Assembly (NCBI GenBank): GCA_004431415.1
Contig: QPMI01000588.1
Span: forward strand, 124,001-188,000
Origin: Cyanophora paradoxa CCMP329
Taxonomy: Eukaryota > Plantae > Glaucophyta
Direction: 5' to 3'
DNA length: 64,000 nucleotides
Part shown: positions 1 through 11,858 of the stretch, one piece after another
Numbering within the stretch: position 1 is the stretch's first letter
Layout of the letters: each line of letters starts with the position of its first letter
Translations under genes and position numbers: made by a program
The notes under the pieces: generated by a model
What the model was told of the DNA's origin: nothing
Seen by the model: only the letters and a program-made list of their open reading frames with translations
The model's database searches: none

Positions 1-349
1 ATCAGCGCGGGGGCAGGTTCCTGGCGGGCGGGGGCGATGCGGGGGCGGCGGGGCCGCGCCTGCGGCGGGTGCTCGCGGCGCGCGGGGTGGACGTGCGCGT
101 GGTCTAGCACCGCCGCCCGCCCCAGATCTGGAGCCCCGGGCGCCTCTGCTCGCCCGGGCTCGACTAAGAGGGAGACGGTGCAGAGCAATTGCAAGAACAT
201 GGCGGTGCCGGGGCGTCCTCAGCAGCATAGTGGGTCCCCGGAATGAGAGTGTAAATATCGAATTCTCGAAGTTGTTGGAGTCAAATCTAGTATTGAGAAG
301 TCAACTCTTGTTAGCCCTGGCGTGAATATGGCGGGTGCTACTTTGCGTT

Positions 350-1015
350 TTCGACGTCCGATCGCGAGGCGGAGGGAGAGGGCGGAGAGGCGCGGGGCGG
401 GGCGGGCGGCGGAGGCGAGGGCGGCGAGGAGGGGCCGCTCGGGGCGGGCCCCGTCGGGCCCGTAGCGGCGCAGGTGGACGGCCACTGAGAGCTCCCGCAG
501 CTCCGCCGCCGCCCCCAGAGCCTCCAGCGCCCGCACCGCCTCCTGCCGCGCGAGGGCGGGTTGGGGTACGGGGGGTACGGGGAAAGGGGGGGGTACCTGG
601 ACGCGGAAGACGGGGCCTCGGCGTCGCAGTCGAGGGGAAGGCGAGGGAGCGGAGGGCGGGGAGGCGGGCGGCGGCGGCGAGGGCGGCCGGCTCGAGCTGC
701 TCGGGGCCTCGCTCCCCGCCAGCTCGAGGCGGGCGAGGCGGCCGGCGGCGGGGCCGGCGGCGAGCCGCGCGAAGTCGGCGGCGGGGCCTGGAAGAACGGC
801 ACCTCGAGCCCCTCCAGGGCCCCCAGGGCGCCCAGCGGTCCCAGCCCGCCCTCCACGACCCCCGCGCACAGGCCCCGCAGCCCCGGCGCCGCCTCCGCCA
901 GCGCCCCCGCCGCCCCGCGTCCAGCGCGTCGTCCGGCTGCGTCCGCAGCGCGAGGGCCTCGAGCGCCGGCAGCCGCCCCAGGAGCGAGCGCAGGCCTAGG
1001 TGGTGGCCCTCGAAC
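350..1015 (-). pseudogene. LRR (RNI-like)/F-box-LRR family gene fragment, boundaries uncertain
   Basis: Minus-strand segments LLGRLPALEALALRT, RLARLELAG and LEALGAAAELRELSVAV...LSALSLRL resemble the LxxLxxLxL repeats of the gene at 46082-48638. Flanks look disrupted. Confidence 0.4.
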
Positions 1016-2817
1016 AAGATCGAGAAAAGGCCAATCTCTCGGCCTCGATTTCTGTACAGTGAGTTTGCAATTGAGGGGGGCTTCCTCTTTCGATGTCGCT
1101 TTCCGATGCTCAGAATCTTAAGCTTCAGCAGTTCGAATTCGTCCGTCGAGTTTGCCGTTGTTTGTACGCAAAGGCGACCGGGTTCGATGATCTTGTGGTG
1201 GGCTCTGCAGCTTGCCAAGTTGTGCACGTGGGCGCACCCGCGTACGCGTGAGCTGCCGCGCAGCTGCAGTATGCGCCGCGGCGCACTGCGCCCAGCCCAT
1301 GGCCAGCCTGGCCGGGCAGTCCATGCCAGGGCCCGGGGCGCGGCCGCGTGGGGCCCGGCCGGGGCGCCCCCGCGGCCGCGGGCCGGCGACGGCCCGGCCT
1401 GCCGCCGGCTGCCGGCTCCGCGGCACGCGTACGTTCCGAGCTCAAGGCTCCCCCGGCCTCCCGGAGTCCGGGGGGAGTCCGGAACTTGTGACGCGCCCCG
1501 CGTCACGGCGTGACGCCCGGCCGCGGCCGTCAGTGCCCGTGTCAGGCTGACACTCGGACAGCAGCTAGCGTCCGACGGTCTCCGGTCCACTGGGCCAGCT
1601 CCCGCCGGGCCGCCGGGTCCATGCAGCTCGCAGCTGCGCCCGTACGCGTCCCCCGGGTGCGAGGGGGTAGACAGGCCGCTAACTAGAGAGTTCTATAGCG
1701 CCAGAAGTATATGATATGCATGTGCCTTGTGTCTGCGCATAGCGGGGCGACGGGGGCACCTCAGAAGCGATGAATGTGGTCTAGTGCATGTGAAGTGTGA
1801 GTGTGTGATGAATGTGAACGTAGAGCTTGCAACCGAGCTCTTGCACTGCGCAAGCTCCTCTGGGCGCAGCTCCCGGATGTAGCCACACGAGACGCAGTCC
1901 ACCTTCTCAGGCCCTGCAGGAACGCATGTGTTACGCAATTGTTACGCATGCGTTGCGCATGCGTTGCGCATGCGTTGCACTTAGCGTTGGGCATGCGTTC
2001 AATAAGCGTCGTACTATACGCACCGCAGGAATCCTGATAGTACTTGGATAGGAGGCCGTCGATCTTGCTAGGATCTTCGATGAAACGTTCAATCCCGCTC
2101 CGCACCGCGGGATCGACTGCATTTGGATACATGTACAGGAAGCGAGCCTGCTCGAGGCCGAAATGAATTATCACAAACCACAAATTATATTAATGGGAGA
2201 TGACAGGCACAACGAACCCCGTCCTTCTCCAGCATGATCCGTACTTTGTCTTTGCCAGTATTCTGAAGCACGTGGACGAGGACGGCAAGGCGTCGATCGG
2301 CGGCTGTAACGGCCTGCGGGCCGTGCTCCTTGTAGACCAGCTCGGGTTTGGCACCGTACTACGGTACGTGAATGCAACCTGTGCATGCATAATTAATTAG
2401 TAGATAGGGTTTATAAATAAAAAAACTATCGATGCACGCTGATTGGCGTCTCAAAAACATCCGTCGCGATGTCCACGCCATCGCACTTTGTTAATGTCTG
2501 CGGGCGGACAAAGATGTGCAGCGCTTAAGCTTTCGGCAGTCACTTGGTGCAACTTGCCTGACCCGGCGGGAGTGTGCAAGTTTTTGAGCATGTCCAGAAG
2601 TTCGGGCGTAACGCCGGATGCCCCATGGCCAGCTGCAGCGGCCGCGGCCGCAGCTGAAGGTGGCGGCGAGGCATGTGCATTCGCCCCGCCAGCAGCTGTC
2701 TGCGACGCGCTCCCCTGCTCCGGCTCTGCGCTCGCGCTTCAGACTGCGTTCGCGATTGATCGAAAAGCATTGAAAACGCGTCGCACTTCCGCAGCTGACG
2801 ATGGCGTAGTAGATTTT

Positions 2818-2823
2818 GCTCGG
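2818..2823. repeat. Left 6-bp target-site duplication GCTCGG of the PLV
   Basis: GCTCGG immediately precedes the TIR start (ACACATATTG) and recurs at 29509-29514. Confidence 0.95.
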
Positions 2824-2908
2824 ACACATATTGAAAAACGAATTTAAATCCCTCCGCTTCGCGCTTCGCGCTTCGCTCCTGGATTTAAATTCGTTTTTCA
2901 ATATGTGT
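2824..2908. other. Left terminal hairpin: 28-bp perfect stem, 29-nt loop containing (GCTTCGC)x3
   Basis: 2824-2851 ACACATATTGAAAAACGAATTTAAATCC pairs with 2881-2908. Confidence 0.95.
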
Positions 2909-3234
2909 TAATTTAATACTAAAATACATATTTATCGATTAATTTCTTTAACTTTTTATGCAAACTTTGTATAAATTAATGCAAACTTTGTATTAAAAAT
3001 GATAAACGCGTTTAATTTAATGCATATTCACGATTGATTCAATCGATATTATATCGATAGATTATGTTCTTTGTCGATTACATATATAACTTCGATTGAT
3101 TAACATTAAACTACTTAAAGAACGATATAATCGCGATTAATTCGCATAAATTCGCATAAATTCGCATAAACTCGATATATCTCATCGGTATTGAAGTAGA
3201 CCACCGCCCATTTTGTATCGGAAAACGCAAAAAC

Positions 3235-3490
3235 TGTCACAGAGTTGCATTATGTCCAATTAAACAATCGATGGAATTGCGGATTTACATTTTTGCACCG
3301 AAAAAGTGTCACAGAGTTGCATTATGTCCAATTAAACAATTGAGGAGATTGCGCGATTTTCTATTGGAATATCTCGGAACTGCATCATGTCCAATTAAAC
3401 AATCGATGAGATTGCTGATGAACATTTTTGCATCGAAAAAGTGTCACAGAGTTGCATGGTCTCCAATTGATCAATCGATTAGATTGCAGA
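3235..3490 (+). repeat. Four degenerate ~65-70 bp tandem repeats inside the TIR
   Basis: Recurring TGTCACAGAGTTGCATTATGTCCAATTAAACAATCGAT-like unit, mirrored at about 28840-29097. Confidence 0.8.
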
Positions 3491-3600
3491 TGTTCTATAA
3501 AACAGAATAAATGAAATCAAGTGTGACAGATAGTATTCAAATGATATTCAGTAAGATATATTTCTATTTTTGAGAAGAGTAGTAAGGGGGGCAGAATGTC

Positions 3601-4037
3601 TGTGACGCCTGTGACGGCTGTGACGCCTGTTTTCAGAAGTCTGTCATTTTTGAAAATTTTAAAAAGTTTGAAAGTAGGCGTCACAGGCGTCACAGGCGTC
3701 ACACTCAATTAAATTAGGTGTCACAGCGAAAATGCAGACCATTTCCAGTAAGACAACTTCGCATTTTCGAAAAGGTGGATTAATGAATAGTGTTTTGTAG
3801 GTGTCAGAGGTGTCACAAGACGGATTTCAGTAAGACAAGAATATATTTTTGAATATCTCAGTAAGAGAAAGAGATTCCATTTTTAATTGGGTGTGACGGC
3901 TGTGACGGCTGTGACGGCTGTTTTCAGAAGTCTGTCATTTTTGAAAATTTTAAAAAGTTTGAAAGTAGGCGTCACAGGCGTCACAGGCGTCACAGTCAAT
4001 TAAAGAGGCGTCACAGTCAATTAAATAGGTGTCACAC
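3601..4037. promoter_or_regulatory. Two iteron-like cassettes: (TGTGACG[C/G]C)x3 - AT-rich spacer - inverted (GGCGTCACA)x3; putative replication origin
   Basis: Cassettes at about 3601-3704 and 3892-4037. The same cassette occurs at 18152-18286 and twice in the right TIR. Origin function is inferred. Confidence 0.6.
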
Positions 4038-4202
4038 CCGATTATCTGACCATTTTCAGTAAGACCATGTGAAATTCTGAATTTCTCAGTGTCAACTAAC
4101 TCGGAAATCGCAATACTCTATGTTTCTCCGATTTCTCCAACCCTGAAAACACACCTGTTATTCTCTCATTTATCTCATGAGATACTCTCGTTTCGCCAAA
4201 AA

Positions 4203-4493
4203 ATGACAAACGATTTCCCATCATGCTGTAAAGGAAACATGCCGATTAACCAGCAGTATTACAATTATTATGGGCATTACTTCTTGATTGTCAAGAAACT
4301 CCAAGAGCATTATGAGATCTTCCAAGAGATGGGATTGCGAATTACAAGGAGATCAACCCTTTGTAGTTTCTTGAAAAAGAATGGTGCTAAATGGGATAAG
4401 ACAATTCGCAAATGGTATACAGAAGATCCCAAGAGTCCCCTTCTGGATGTTTTCGAAACAGTGAATTTGGATCGGTTTAATCATTTCCAATAG
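4203..4493 (+). CDS. Small viral protein with DUF5710-like motif
   Basis: LKKNGAKWDKTIRKWY resembles the AKxxGAxWDxxxKxWY motif. First ATG outside the TIR is at 4203. Confidence 0.5.
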   Translation: MTNDFPSCCKGNMPINQQYYNYYGHYFLIVKKLQEHYEIFQEMGLRITRRSTLCSFLKKNGAKWDKTIRKWYTEDPKSPLLDVFETVNLDRFNHFQ

Positions 4494-5409
4494 CCAAGAA
4501 CTCTAACTGGAATGAGTTGTCAATCCCATTCATATCTACAAGATCACCATAATAATCGCGAAACTCAACTGTTAACTCTCTAATGACCAAATTGCGATCG
4601 GTTATTTTTATGTATTCACTGTGCTCTCCACTGTGATAAACATACTGTCCAATATCTTTACTTAATTGCAATCTGAGAATCGCCCCTTGATTCTGTGGTT
4701 GAGATTGTGGGACAATATTGTGGTTTGTAGCAAATGGGGAGAGTTCTTTAATGTGCATGTATAAATACTGTTCCGCATTCATGTCTGTCATCTTGGATGC
4801 TTCTAACTTGTAGTTTAAGCGAGATGCCTCGAATTCATATCCTGTGAATGTGATTCCCCATTGTGGATGGTTTGGGGTGATTGGGATTCCTGCAAAATAG
4901 AGGAAATTCTCGGGGGCATATAAAGACCTTGCAGACTCTGGGAAATCGTAGGTTTGCTCAATTGAAGCGACCCACTCCACAGAACTAACCCCAAGAAGTT
5001 TACCCAATCTCTGTGTAGATGCTACCATCTCGAATTGAACATTACTGTAAAACTCCAATTTGTAGGAGGTAGGGTTGTAGTAGACCTTGAATGCATATGT
5101 GAGATTGTTGCTCCCAGTAAATGTGAAATTCAGACCATAATTATATGGACTGGTGACCCCGAAATGCCCTTGATTAATATAACCACTTGGGAGAAGGAAG
5201 ACCTGCTTGGTTTCAGAGATGCCTTGGTAGTAAAATCTGACAAGAAGGTGGTCTGTTCCAATGGAATTATAGATGCTGTTGGGGATCTCTGCATACAAAA
5301 CTCGACATTCTCTTGGTTTGGTCACTGGGGTTGTGAGTGAAACCTTGTAGGAGTTTTCTATTTGTCCATCTGATCGGTCTCTGCTATCTATATTGACCAG
5401 CCGAATCAT
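4477..5409 (-). CDS. Minor capsid (penton-like single jelly-roll) protein 1
   Basis: N-terminal IDSRDR, then AEIPNSIYN, YLYMHIKEL and C-terminal LTVEFRDYYGDLVDMNGIDNSFQLEF, typical of PLV/NCLDV minor capsid proteins. Confidence 0.75.
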   Translation of the reverse strand: MIRLVNIDSRDRSDGQIENSYKVSLTTPVTKPRECRVLYAEIPNSIYNSIGTDHLLVRFYYQGISETKQVFLLPSGYINQGHFGVTSPYNYGLNFTFTGSNNLTYAFKVYYNPTSYKLEFYSNVQFEMVASTQRLGKLLGVSSVEWVASIEQTYDFPESARSLYAPENFLYFAGIPITPNHPQWGITFTGYEFEASRLNYKLEASKMTDMNAEQYLYMHIKELSPFATNHNIVPQSQPQNQGAILRLQLSKDIGQYVYHSGEHSEYIKITDRNLVIRELTVEFRDYYGDLVDMNGIDNSFQLEFLAIGND

Positions 5410-5437
5410 TTTAATATATGTTTATAGATAAAAGAAG

Positions 5438-6448
5438 ATGCCTGTGGATTACATCGAAGTGAGCTCTTTCAATACAATTTCGGGAGATGGACCTACTTCG
5501 AGTTTTATTGCTCGCCTCCCAAGCACCTATGAATTTGTGAGAGCAGTAAGACTGGTTTCAGCAGAATTCTATAACAGCATTCCCATGGTGAGTGGTGAAA
5601 CCAAACCAGGAGATGTGACAATAGATAATGCATTCTACCTTTATTGGTCTGAATATTACCAAGGTGCAGGAAGCACTGGTATTCCAACTGATCGACCTGC
5701 TGCTGATTATGAATCATGGAAACACATTGTGATAAGTCGCAGCACACCCATTCAAAACCACCAACAACTGGTGAATGTAATTAACTCCAAACTTGCATTG
5801 AGAGAGCCACCAGTAGCAATTCGCTGTAAATGGGATGATACACTGAAACGAGTAATATTCCATTCCACCATACCGTTTTACCTGGCTTTCTCAACCGCAA
5901 TTAACCCAACCCAGGCGCAGATTCAGAGGTTTTTGAGTTCTGCTCGACTGCTTGGTCTTGATCCTGGGAGATATGGTAACACACCAATCCAATCACAAGT
6001 TTATAATACTCTGACTGATGGTATCTTTACTGGGTCGATGGTGCATGGTATTATATCTTCATTTGAACCCGAGAAGACCAGGGATAGTGTCCTATTTGTG
6101 AGAGTAAAGGAGCTGGGTGATCTTGTGCAATGTGGTGATGGTCTCCTCACTGGATATTTCCACAAAATCGTGGTTCCTGATAAAGATTATGGTGAGCATG
6201 TCGTTTATAATTCAACAGAAGCCCATCCGATCTATAAATACTATAACAAGAATCTGGGACTCTCCACATTTTCGGTTGATATTGTGAATGCAGTTAATGA
6301 ACCAATTGATTTCGAGGGTCAACCTGTCCACCTCACCTTCGAAATTCGATATGGTGATGAACCTGCTGGGGATCCTGTGTATGAATATTTCAAGAGGAGG
6401 ATGGCGGAAACACATCCATCTTATCCGGTTATTGCGAATTTTGCGTAA
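5438..6448 (+). CDS. Minor capsid (penton-like) protein 2
   Basis: Same motif layout (AVRLVSAEFYNS, LFVRVKEL, FSVDIVNAVNEPIDFEGQPVHLTFEI). Divergent from penton 1 and directly upstream of MCP. Confidence 0.7.
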   Translation: MPVDYIEVSSFNTISGDGPTSSFIARLPSTYEFVRAVRLVSAEFYNSIPMVSGETKPGDVTIDNAFYLYWSEYYQGAGSTGIPTDRPAADYESWKHIVISRSTPIQNHQQLVNVINSKLALREPPVAIRCKWDDTLKRVIFHSTIPFYLAFSTAINPTQAQIQRFLSSARLLGLDPGRYGNTPIQSQVYNTLTDGIFTGSMVHGIISSFEPEKTRDSVLFVRVKELGDLVQCGDGLLTGYFHKIVVPDKDYGEHVVYNSTEAHPIYKYYNKNLGLSTFSVDIVNAVNEPIDFEGQPVHLTFEIRYGDEPAGDPVYEYFKRRMAETHPSYPVIANFA

Positions 6449-6511
6449 AATCAAGGATCATTGGTGAATTTTTTATGTTGCAGTATAATAAAAGAGATAA
6501 TCATGGATATT

Positions 6512-6817
6512 TGTCGCGTGCGGGATTAGTGTGTAGGCACGCGGGGATGCGACCTGCCGACCCTGGGCTCGGCGGGGCGCTTGGGATCGCGAGGGATCGC
6601 TATCGCTCTGTAGTATTCTCTAGAACAGTGTATCCCTATGAGTGATCTGTACCCGGACAGGCCCGGCGTACCCGTAGTAGCTATAATAAGCGGTGGCCGA
6701 GGCGTACTGACGCCGACGTCGGCCCTAGCAGCACGTAGGCTGCACTAGCAACTAGCAGCACGAACTCGGAAGGCTGCACTATCTAGCTCCGCATGCACGA
6801 TAATCATGCATGCGACA
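6512..6817 (-). repeat. 3' LTR (306 bp), preceded on the minus strand by the polypurine tract GAGTGGAGGAG
   Basis: Matches 11560-11858 except for a 7-bp indel near 6764 and a substitution at the second base. Confidence 0.92.
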
Positions 6818-9532
6818 ACTCCTCCACTCGGAAGACCACGTCCGCGTGGTCTAAGTACCACGGAAATATCTACAAGCAAGCATATTTACAAAGTTTCGCG
6901 GCAGGGGACTGCCGGGAATAAAAGACTGAAAGCCATATTTACAGAATCGCGAATTTCGCGCACTCCGGCAGCTCGACTGCCGGGAATTGAAAATAGACGA
7001 GTGACCGGCTACTGCCGGGAATTGAAGAAGACCTCTAGCCAGTATGGGCTATGTACATCGTAAAACCATCAACTCTCTAATTTATAAATCGAAACCAAGA
7101 GCTAAATCGATTCTCAATTTCTAAATGCAAAACCGTGTCAAGAGGGGGGTGGCGGCAGTATATATATATGCCGCAAGTAATTGTTCATCTCCGGCCCAGA
7201 GGGCCAAGGTCAAGCTTCGGGCCGGCGGCCCAAGGGGACGAGGGGATTCTGGTGCATTGGATGTCTTTCCGCAGCAGGCTTTCGCCCATGAGCCACGCGT
7301 TGCGCAGCGAGAGCACGTCGCAAAGCGATTGCGAACAGCGACGCAGGGCCATGGCGCGCGAGGCGGCGCAGCGACCCTCTCCAGAGCGCCCCCCCACGCA
7401 AGCTAGCGCGGGTGACCTAGACGCTGGTACTCGTGACCACGCCTAGGCGAGCGCCCCTTAGGCTCTCGCGGCAAGTGCGGCGCGGTCTAACTCGTCGGGT
7501 TGACGGGCGGGTGCCATGTCAACGGGTGTAGAGCCGGATCAGGACCCGGATACGCCCACAGAACTGCTGCAAACGCCCATGCACGGACGCTGAGCAGCCT
7601 GCCCAACACCGTGCCGTATGCCTATGGGAGAAGAGCCAGCGTCAGGCGTCCCTGACGTGGATTCTCATGCAGAGGGATGGTACCCCCGTCGTCGCACTTG
7701 GCGCTGTAGCCAGCCGACCGCCCAGCCGCCCTATGGCTGCCGCTGGGTCTTCATTGTGCGCGCACCTCAGAGGGCGAGGCCCCCGTCGCTACGCCTGGCT
7801 CGGAGCCAGCTAGCCGCCCGACGCTGCCCCGCAGGCTAGCCGTCCGGTCTCGAAGCTCGTGTGAGCTGGGCTGAGAGCCCGCCGCACCGCTCGGCCGGGA
7901 GCCGCAGCGTGCCGCCTGGTAGCCAACTGAACGGGCGTCACCAGGACTTTTCTTCGCTCACAATGGGCGGGGCAGTGTTGCCCGTCGCACGCTCGGCTCA
8001 GGGCCGCAGCGCGCCGCCTGGATGCCAACTTGGTGGGCTTTCTACCAGGTCTTCAGATGGGCCACTGAGCCCTTCGCCCTGCTAACGTCCGGCCCGATTC
8101 CTGGGACAGATCGCGACACGGGCGGCCTGGGCGCCGGCTTGGCAGGCGCCAACAGGACTTAGGCTCGCGATGAAGCCGCCACTGGGCACAGCTCGGGGCC
8201 AGTGCCAGCCGCCTGGCCGCCTCGGGGACACGCCAGGACTTCACTTCAGGGCTCGAGCTCTTGGGGACGCAGTGATCCCAGACTCGTGCTCCTTCGGAGC
8301 TCGGAAGCTCACGACTTTTGCAGGGGCGCAGGGGCCGCCTGTCATGCTCGCAATTGCAACACGCTGCCAGGCGCTCCGAGGCTCGGCCGGGCCAAGCATC
8401 TCGCCTCCGGCGTCGAGCTTTCCTTGAGAGTGCATCCTGGGCGCAGGGTCCGCGCGAGGATCACATCTCGCGTCGCAAGGGCTACGGGGCCGCTCGCTCT
8501 TCATGCTCGCGGTCAGCTCCCAATCGCAGGTCCGGAACCTTGCGGGGGCTTCAGATCTTGCGCAGGCGCAGGCTGCGATCAAGGTTCGCAGGCCTTGCGG
8601 GCCATGGGGCTTTCTGAGGGCAGGCCTCCGGCCCCACGCCCAAGCTCTGCAGAGCACGCCGTGATGTACGGTGCGCTCAGCGGCTGGGGGCTCTGTGCGT
8701 TCGGCGCTAGCCTGGCGTGCAGCGGGGCCACCGGCCTCCCACTCACGCTCAGCTGCGGCTGCAGCTAGAGCTGCAGCTTGCCCAAGCTGCCGTGGCCGAC
8801 GGCTCTGAGGCCAATCAGGGCGTTCAAGGAGGGGTCCGCAGGTGGGACTCCTCCCCTCGGAAGACAGACACCCGGGGCAGCAGCCGAGCTGCATGCGCAT
8901 GGCGGGGTGTACATGTGCGTGTGCACAGGTGCGCTTCGGGGCGGCGAGCCGCTCTTTTCGGCGTCCTCTGGGGCTTGCTTCTCGCGAGAGGAGGGACTCC
9001 TCCTCTCGGAAGACTTGTACCCGGCCGGAGGGGTACATGACTCTCGGTTTCGCGCGGAGGGCGAACCGGATGCAAATATTTACAAATATTTACAAATTCA
9101 CAAGGGGCTATTTACAAGGGGCTCCTCGTGTGCATGTGCACAGCGGCCGCGCGTGGTGCGCACCGGGACCCGCTCGTGATCGCGAGCAGCTGCAGGAGGA
9201 GGCCTAGGGACTCCTCCTCTCGGAAAGCGTTGTACCCGCCGCAAGGGTACCGCCAGCCCAGGCCGGGCTTCAGGCCTAGGAAGGGCGAGCTCCTGGCTCG
9301 TCTGCCCACTCCACTCCTCTTCTCGGAAGACGTCGTCCCCGACGTCAAGAATTATGTACACATGTACAAATGTACAGCCCGCCGAGGCAGGTATACTGGC
9401 CGCTATATTTCAGCGACGTGCCGGCACTTGCACTGAAGGCCGGGGGCTGGCGAAAAATTTCGCGGAGCTTCGCGAGAATTCGCAGGGCCTTGCTCTGGCG
9501 GCTGCCCAAGCCGGCCAGGCCCCACATGCATT

Positions 9533-11065
9533 TTACTCGGCCGCGGGGGCAGGCAGGGCAACGGGAGCCTTGCCCTTAGCGCGAGTCGGCGGGTCGGGGC
9601 AGGCACTGTGGTGGTGCCCGGTTTCGCCGCAGCGACCGCAGACCTCGCTCTCATCTACATAATCCTCCCCGTCTTCGTACTCATACGCATCATCGTATGA
9701 GTCAGCCGCGGCCTCCGCCCGTTCGTTCCGCGCCCAACGGTTGCGGGGAGCATGCGGGGGGCGCTTTGGGCAAATGAAAGCCCAGTGAAGGCGCTTCGAG
9801 GCTGGGACGCTAGGGTCGCCAGCGCAGTTCCAGCACTCAGAGGGAGGGTACTGAGGGTACCCAAGCTCGGCCATGCGCTGCATCACAGCGGCAAGGTCGT
9901 CTGGCGAGTGGGACTGCACGGCCCAAGAGGACCCATGTGCAGAGACAAGAGGCCCAGTCCGGCGCTCAGCTGCTGGCCGAGAGGCAGGCCGAGGGACAGC
10001 CCCAGCGGCGGGCTCCAATGCTTTGACTGGCACAGCGTCCCCATCGTCAGCATATGAGGGGGCTTTATAGCCGGAGGCTCCCCGGGCGCGCTTCGCCTCA
10101 GGCTCCGGGCCACGGGCCGCGGGCACCTGCAGGCTGATGTCATAGCGCCCGTGCCGCTCGCAGATGCGCTCGAGCACGTCTTCAACCCCAAGGGGAGTGA
10201 GGGCGGCGCCCTGGCGCGCGATCTGAGCCTGCAGCTCGTCGCGGAAGCGCTCCATCGTGTACTGATTGCGCTCAGCAGCGGTGGAGGACCGGACGTCGAA
10301 GTTCCGGTACTGCGGGTCGTTGCCCGTCTTGCGCCGCACGAGAGCGTTCTCGAGCACATGGAGCAGGTGCTCTGCGTACGTTTTCCCCTGCGGCAGCGTG
10401 TGCCAGAGGTACGGATTGATCCAGTTAAGCCACGTCAGCGGGTCCTCGCCGGTGAACGGGGCCATGATCGCCTTCTCGGACTCAAATGGCAGGCCCTTTG
10501 CGGCGGCCGCCAAAATGAAAGCCTTGAGGCCCGGTGCACGCATGTACGTGTCCCGGCCGGCGTTAAACTCGGCCTCGACGCGGCGGATCGTGTCCTCCAG
10601 GAGGAGCAGTTCACCGTCGGTCTCGTTCGTGCGCGCCTCCGCAGGGAGGGCTGCCAGCACGGCCACACGAGCACGCTTCTCAGCCAGCGTGATCTTGAGC
10701 GAGTCAAGGTGCCCGCGGCGGCGCACGATCTGGTCCGAGATCGGCCCGCGGCTCATGTTGCTGAGCATGTGGCCCGCGAGAGCCTCAACCTTAGCAAAGT
10801 TCGGGCCCTGGGGTCCCGGCTCGGGCTCAGTGGCATACTTTGTCGTCTGAGACGCGCTGTTGCCAATCTGGCCAAGCCAAGCGTCTACTTCCTGCAGCGT
10901 GGGCCGCGCAGGAAGCAGGGACACAATAAGGTGCCCTTTCTCGTCGCGCGCCGGCGCCTCAGCAGTGAGCTGCTGGATGGACATGCCGGGGTCCGGAGTG
11001 ATCGCATTGGAGGCGATCATGTACTCGCGCATGTCCGTAGTGACAGTCATTGGGAGCCGCGACAT
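9533..11065 (-). CDS. gag: Gag-like protein with two zinc knuckles
   Basis: About 510-aa ORF inside the LTRs. Canonical CGRCGETGHHHSAC (CX2CX4HX4C) plus an extended CWNC-X12-H-X4-C. Confidence 0.8.
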   Translation of the reverse strand: MSRLPMTVTTDMREYMIASNAITPDPGMSIQQLTAEAPARDEKGHLIVSLLPARPTLQEVDAWLGQIGNSASQTTKYATEPEPGPQGPNFAKVEALAGHMLSNMSRGPISDQIVRRRGHLDSLKITLAEKRARVAVLAALPAEARTNETDGELLLLEDTIRRVEAEFNAGRDTYMRAPGLKAFILAAAAKGLPFESEKAIMAPFTGEDPLTWLNWINPYLWHTLPQGKTYAEHLLHVLENALVRRKTGNDPQYRNFDVRSSTAAERNQYTMERFRDELQAQIARQGAALTPLGVEDVLERICERHGRYDISLQVPAARGPEPEAKRARGASGYKAPSYADDGDAVPVKALEPAAGAVPRPASRPAAERRTGPLVSAHGSSWAVQSHSPDDLAAVMQRMAELGYPQYPPSECWNCAGDPSVPASKRLHWAFICPKRPPHAPRNRWARNERAEAAADSYDDAYEYEDGEDYVDESEVCGRCGETGHHHSACPDPPTRAKGKAPVALPAPAAE

Positions 11066-11559
11066 GGCGAGCACTCAAAGACCACTTTTCAATACAGATC
11101 AAATTTGAGCACGAGGCTCTTTGGAGCGCGGATCGGAGGCTCTTTTGATGCCGGATCTCGCGCGAACCGCGAGATTCCGACTTCACAGGCGACGATATGC
11201 TGCTTACGCAACACACCGGTGCACAATCCAGGCCCTCGGGCTTAGGATCGGCGATGGCTCAAAGTTGCCCTTGCGGGGGAACTTCGGCGGCACGGCGCGA
11301 GGCCGGCGGCACGGCTCAAGGCCGGCTCGATCAGGCTCAGGACGACGGATCGCCCCGTGCAGCACGCAGAACCGTATACCGGAACGCGGCTCCCACTTTT
11401 CGGCGGAACTATGCGTTCCGCTTACTGTGGGCTGATGCAGACACACACTACGCACTACTGGCGGCGCGGCGCACGCGCGGCGAGGCCGGGGGCGCAGCGA
11501 TCGGACCTGGTGTCGCAAGATGCGACCCTTCAAGATTCAGTTCCCGGCAGGATGGCGCC

Positions 11560-11858
11560 TATCGCGTGCGGGATTAGTGTGTAGGCACGCGGGGATGCGA
11601 CCTGCCGACCCTGGGCTCGGCGGGGCGCTTGGGATCGCGAGGGATCGCTATCGCTCTGTAGTATTCTCTAGAACAGTGTATCCCTATGAGTGATCTGTAC
11701 CCGGACAGGCCCGGCGTACCCGTAGTAGCTATAATAAGCGGTGGCCGAGGCGTACTGACGCCGACGTCGGCCCTAGCAGCACGTAGGCTGCACTAGCAAC
11801 TAGCAGCACGAAGGCTGCACTATCTAGCTCCGCATGCACGATAATCATGCATGCGACA
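11560..11858 (-). repeat. 5' LTR (299 bp), followed on the minus strand by a PBS-like GGCGCCATCCTGCCGGG
   Basis: Direct repeat of 6512-6817. The PBS assignment is tentative (no leading T; tRNA identity unverified). Confidence 0.9.

Larger units (their letters stand above)
2824..4191 (+). repeat. Left terminal inverted repeat (1368 bp)
   Basis: Reverse complement of 26866-27549 + 28825-29508. I noticed only about 3 mismatches (near 3847, 4069, 4170). Confidence 0.95.
6512..11858 (-). mobile_element. Non-autonomous (gag-only) LTR retrotransposon, 5347 bp, 5-bp TSD ATATT
   Basis: Direct repeats 6512-6817 and 11560-11858, element ends TGTCGC...GCGACA, ATATT at 6507-6511 and 11859-11863, GC-rich interior, gag with Zn knuckles, no recognisable pol. 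Confidence 0.93.

Noticed and set aside
2640-2817. SWIM zinc finger / MULE transposase at the PLV target site
   Set aside because: CTC..C is present but the conserved His and any transposase core are not evident.
3271-3708. ORFs within the TIRs (3271-3510, 3517-3708 and mirrors 28786-29061, 27349-27540)
   Set aside because: They are translations of tandem repeats and iterons (VTPVTPVT) with no protein-like features.
6818-9530. pol (PR/RT/RH/IN) or tyrosine recombinase in the retroelement; DIRS/Ngaro identity
   Set aside because: No D(S/T)G, YxDD, HHCC/DDE or YR motifs in the listed frames. TG..CA LTRs with a 5-bp TSD indicate an integrase-mobilised LTR element.
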